Shown: in pieces, positions 19,484 through 20,885 of the stretch
Layout of the letters: each line of letters starts with the position of its first letter
Position numbering within the stretch: the stretch's first letter is position 1
Assembly: GCA_031431875.1 (NCBI GenBank)
Contig: JANPEF010000097.1
Coordinates: 1 to 20,885, forward strand
Direction: 5' to 3'
Length of the DNA: 20,885 bases
Source: Candidatus Eiseniibacteriota bacterium
Lineage (GTDB): Bacteria > Eisenbacteria > RBG-16-71-46 > DASYSL01
Program-made: the position numbers and the translations under genes
The notes under the pieces: model-generated
Told to the model about the DNA's origin: nothing
Seen by the model: only the letters and a program-made list of their open reading frames with translations
Database searches by the model: none

Positions 19484-20553
19484 GCGTCACCCGCGAGGCC
19501 GTGCTCGAGGCGCTGAAGGCCGTGCAGGATCCCGACCTGCGCCGCGACCTGGTCACGCTCGGCATGATCGAGGACGTGGTCATCGACGGCGGGTGCGTGC
19601 GCTTCACCGTCGCGCTCACCACCCCGGCGTGTCCCGTCAAGGAGGACCTCGAGCGGCAGTGCAAGGAGGTCGTCGCGAAGCTGCCCGGCGTCACCGCGGT
19701 CGAGGTGACCATGACCTCGAAGGTGCGCGGCCGCGCCAATCCCTCCGCCGACAAGAAGCCGATCCCGGGCGTCGCCCACGTGGTGGCCGTCGGTTCGGGC
19801 AAGGGCGGCGTCGGCAAGTCGACCGTGGCCGTCAACCTGGCCGCCGCACTGGCTCTCGACGGCGCCCGCGTCGGATTGCTCGACGCCGACGTGTACGGAC
19901 CCAACCTTCCGCTCATGACCGGCATTCGCGAGACGCCGCTGCAGCGCGACGGCAAGATCCTGCCGCTCACCGCGCACGGCCTGTCGCTCATGTCGATGGG
20001 CTTCCTCGTCGAACCCGGCACGCCGGTGATCTGGCGTGGACCCATGCTGCACGGCGTGATCCAGAACTTCACCCGCGACGTGGCGTGGGGCGAGCTCGAC
20101 TACCTGCTCGTCGACCTGCCGCCGGGAACCGGCGACGTGCAGCTGTCGCTCGTCCAGCAGGTGCCGCTGGCCGGCGCCGTCATCGTGTGCACGCCGCAGG
20201 CGGTGGCGCTCGAGGACGCCGTCAAGGCGATCGCCATGTTCGAGAAGCTCGACGTGCCCATCCTCGGCCTGATCGAGAACATGTCGTACTTCATCTGCCC
20301 CGGCTGCGATGCGCGGCACGAGATCTTCGCCCACGGCGGGGCGCGTGCGTACGCCGACGAGAAGGGAATCCCGTTTCTCGGCGAGATTCCGCTTCATCCG
20401 GGCGTGCGCGAGGGCGGCGATCGCGGCGCGCCGATCGTGCGTTCGGCGCCGAACTCGGCCGAGGCTGCGGCGTTCCGCGCCGCCGCCCGGCAGCTTGCCG
20501 CCCGACTCTCGATCCAGGCCGCGGGCGAGCCCGCGACCGTCAGCGCGACTTGA
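19480..20553 (+). CDS. mrp: Mrp/ApbC/NBP35 Fe-S carrier ATPase with N-terminal DUF59-like domain
   Basis: [59 protein letters not shown] overlap with nfu. Confidence 0.96.
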   Translation: MSVTREAVLEALKAVQDPDLRRDLVTLGMIEDVVIDGGCVRFTVALTTPACPVKEDLERQCKEVVAKLPGVTAVEVTMTSKVRGRANPSADKKPIPGVAHVVAVGSGKGGVGKSTVAVNLAAALALDGARVGLLDADVYGPNLPLMTGIRETPLQRDGKILPLTAHGLSLMSMGFLVEPGTPVIWRGPMLHGVIQNFTRDVAWGELDYLLVDLPPGTGDVQLSLVQQVPLAGAVIVCTPQAVALEDAVKAIAMFEKLDVPILGLIENMSYFICPGCDARHEIFAHGGARAYADEKGIPFLGEIPLHPGVREGGDRGAPIVRSAPNSAEAAAFRAAARQLAARLSIQAAGEPATVSAT

Positions 20554-20558
20554 TGCCC

Positions 20559-20572
20559 GGGGCTTCGGCCCC
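20559..20572 (+). other. cUUCGg tetraloop hairpin between mrp and ispG
   Basis: GGGGC-TTCG-GCCCC with no U tract. Confidence 0.5.
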
Positions 20573-20600
20573 CCACTGGACGACCCGCGGAGGAAACGCG

Positions 20601-20885
20601 ATGGACTCGGCAGACCAGGCCAACGGCAACAAGACCTTCGGCGACTCGATCGACGTCCGCACGCATGGACTCGGCCCGGCGGGCAAGGACGGCGTGCGCA
20701 GCGCCCCCCGCGATCGCACGCGGCAGGTGAGCGTGGGCGGCGTGAAGGTGGGTGGCGGTGCACCGGTGGCCGTGCAGTCGATGACCACCACGATGACGTG
20801 GGACGTCGAGGCGACACTGGCACAGATCAGGAGCCTCGCCGATGCCGGCTGCGAGATCGTGCGCGTCGCGGTGCCCGACGAGAAG
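20601..20885 (+). CDS. ispG: HMBPP synthase IspG (GcpE), 5' part, truncated by the window; absent from the ORF track
   Basis: Manual translation: [103 protein letters not shown] at 20589-20593. Confidence 0.95.
   Translation, partial: MDSADQANGNKTFGDSIDVRTHGLGPAGKDGVRSAPRDRTRQVSVGGVKVGGGAPVAVQSMTTTMTWDVEATLAQIRSLADAGCEIVRVAVPDEK

Overview
Very GC-rich, gene-dense core-genome window from a diderm bacterium. The envelope proteins look FCB-group-like, but that is my inference. On the minus strand at the left is a coupled pair: a ~700-aa predicted outer-membrane beta-barrel and a 201-aa lipoprotein. A divergent plus-strand run follows: mreB-mreC-mreD-mrdA-rodA-lgt-aroE-comF-(CbiM/Q/O-type ECF metal transporter)-rarA. 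After it come a ~105-nt structured intergenic element and a YbhN/UPF0104-like membrane protein. A convergent exported M16 zinc protease is divergently transcribed from an Fe-S operon (NifU-C carrier, Mrp/ApbC, ispG cut by the window edge). I see no rRNA, tRNA, CRISPR or mobile element. The best leads are: (1) clustered D-(S/T)-hydrophobic sequons in exported tails, suggesting Bacteroidota-like O-glycosylation of the elongasome; (2) a candidate ncRNA or RNA switch after rarA; (3) an IscR/Rrf2-like operator at the Fe-S/ispG promoter; (4) an atypical His/Cys-decorated CbiMQO; (5) an uncharacterised barrel-lipoprotein pair; (6) an Lgt with substituted catalytic-motif residues.
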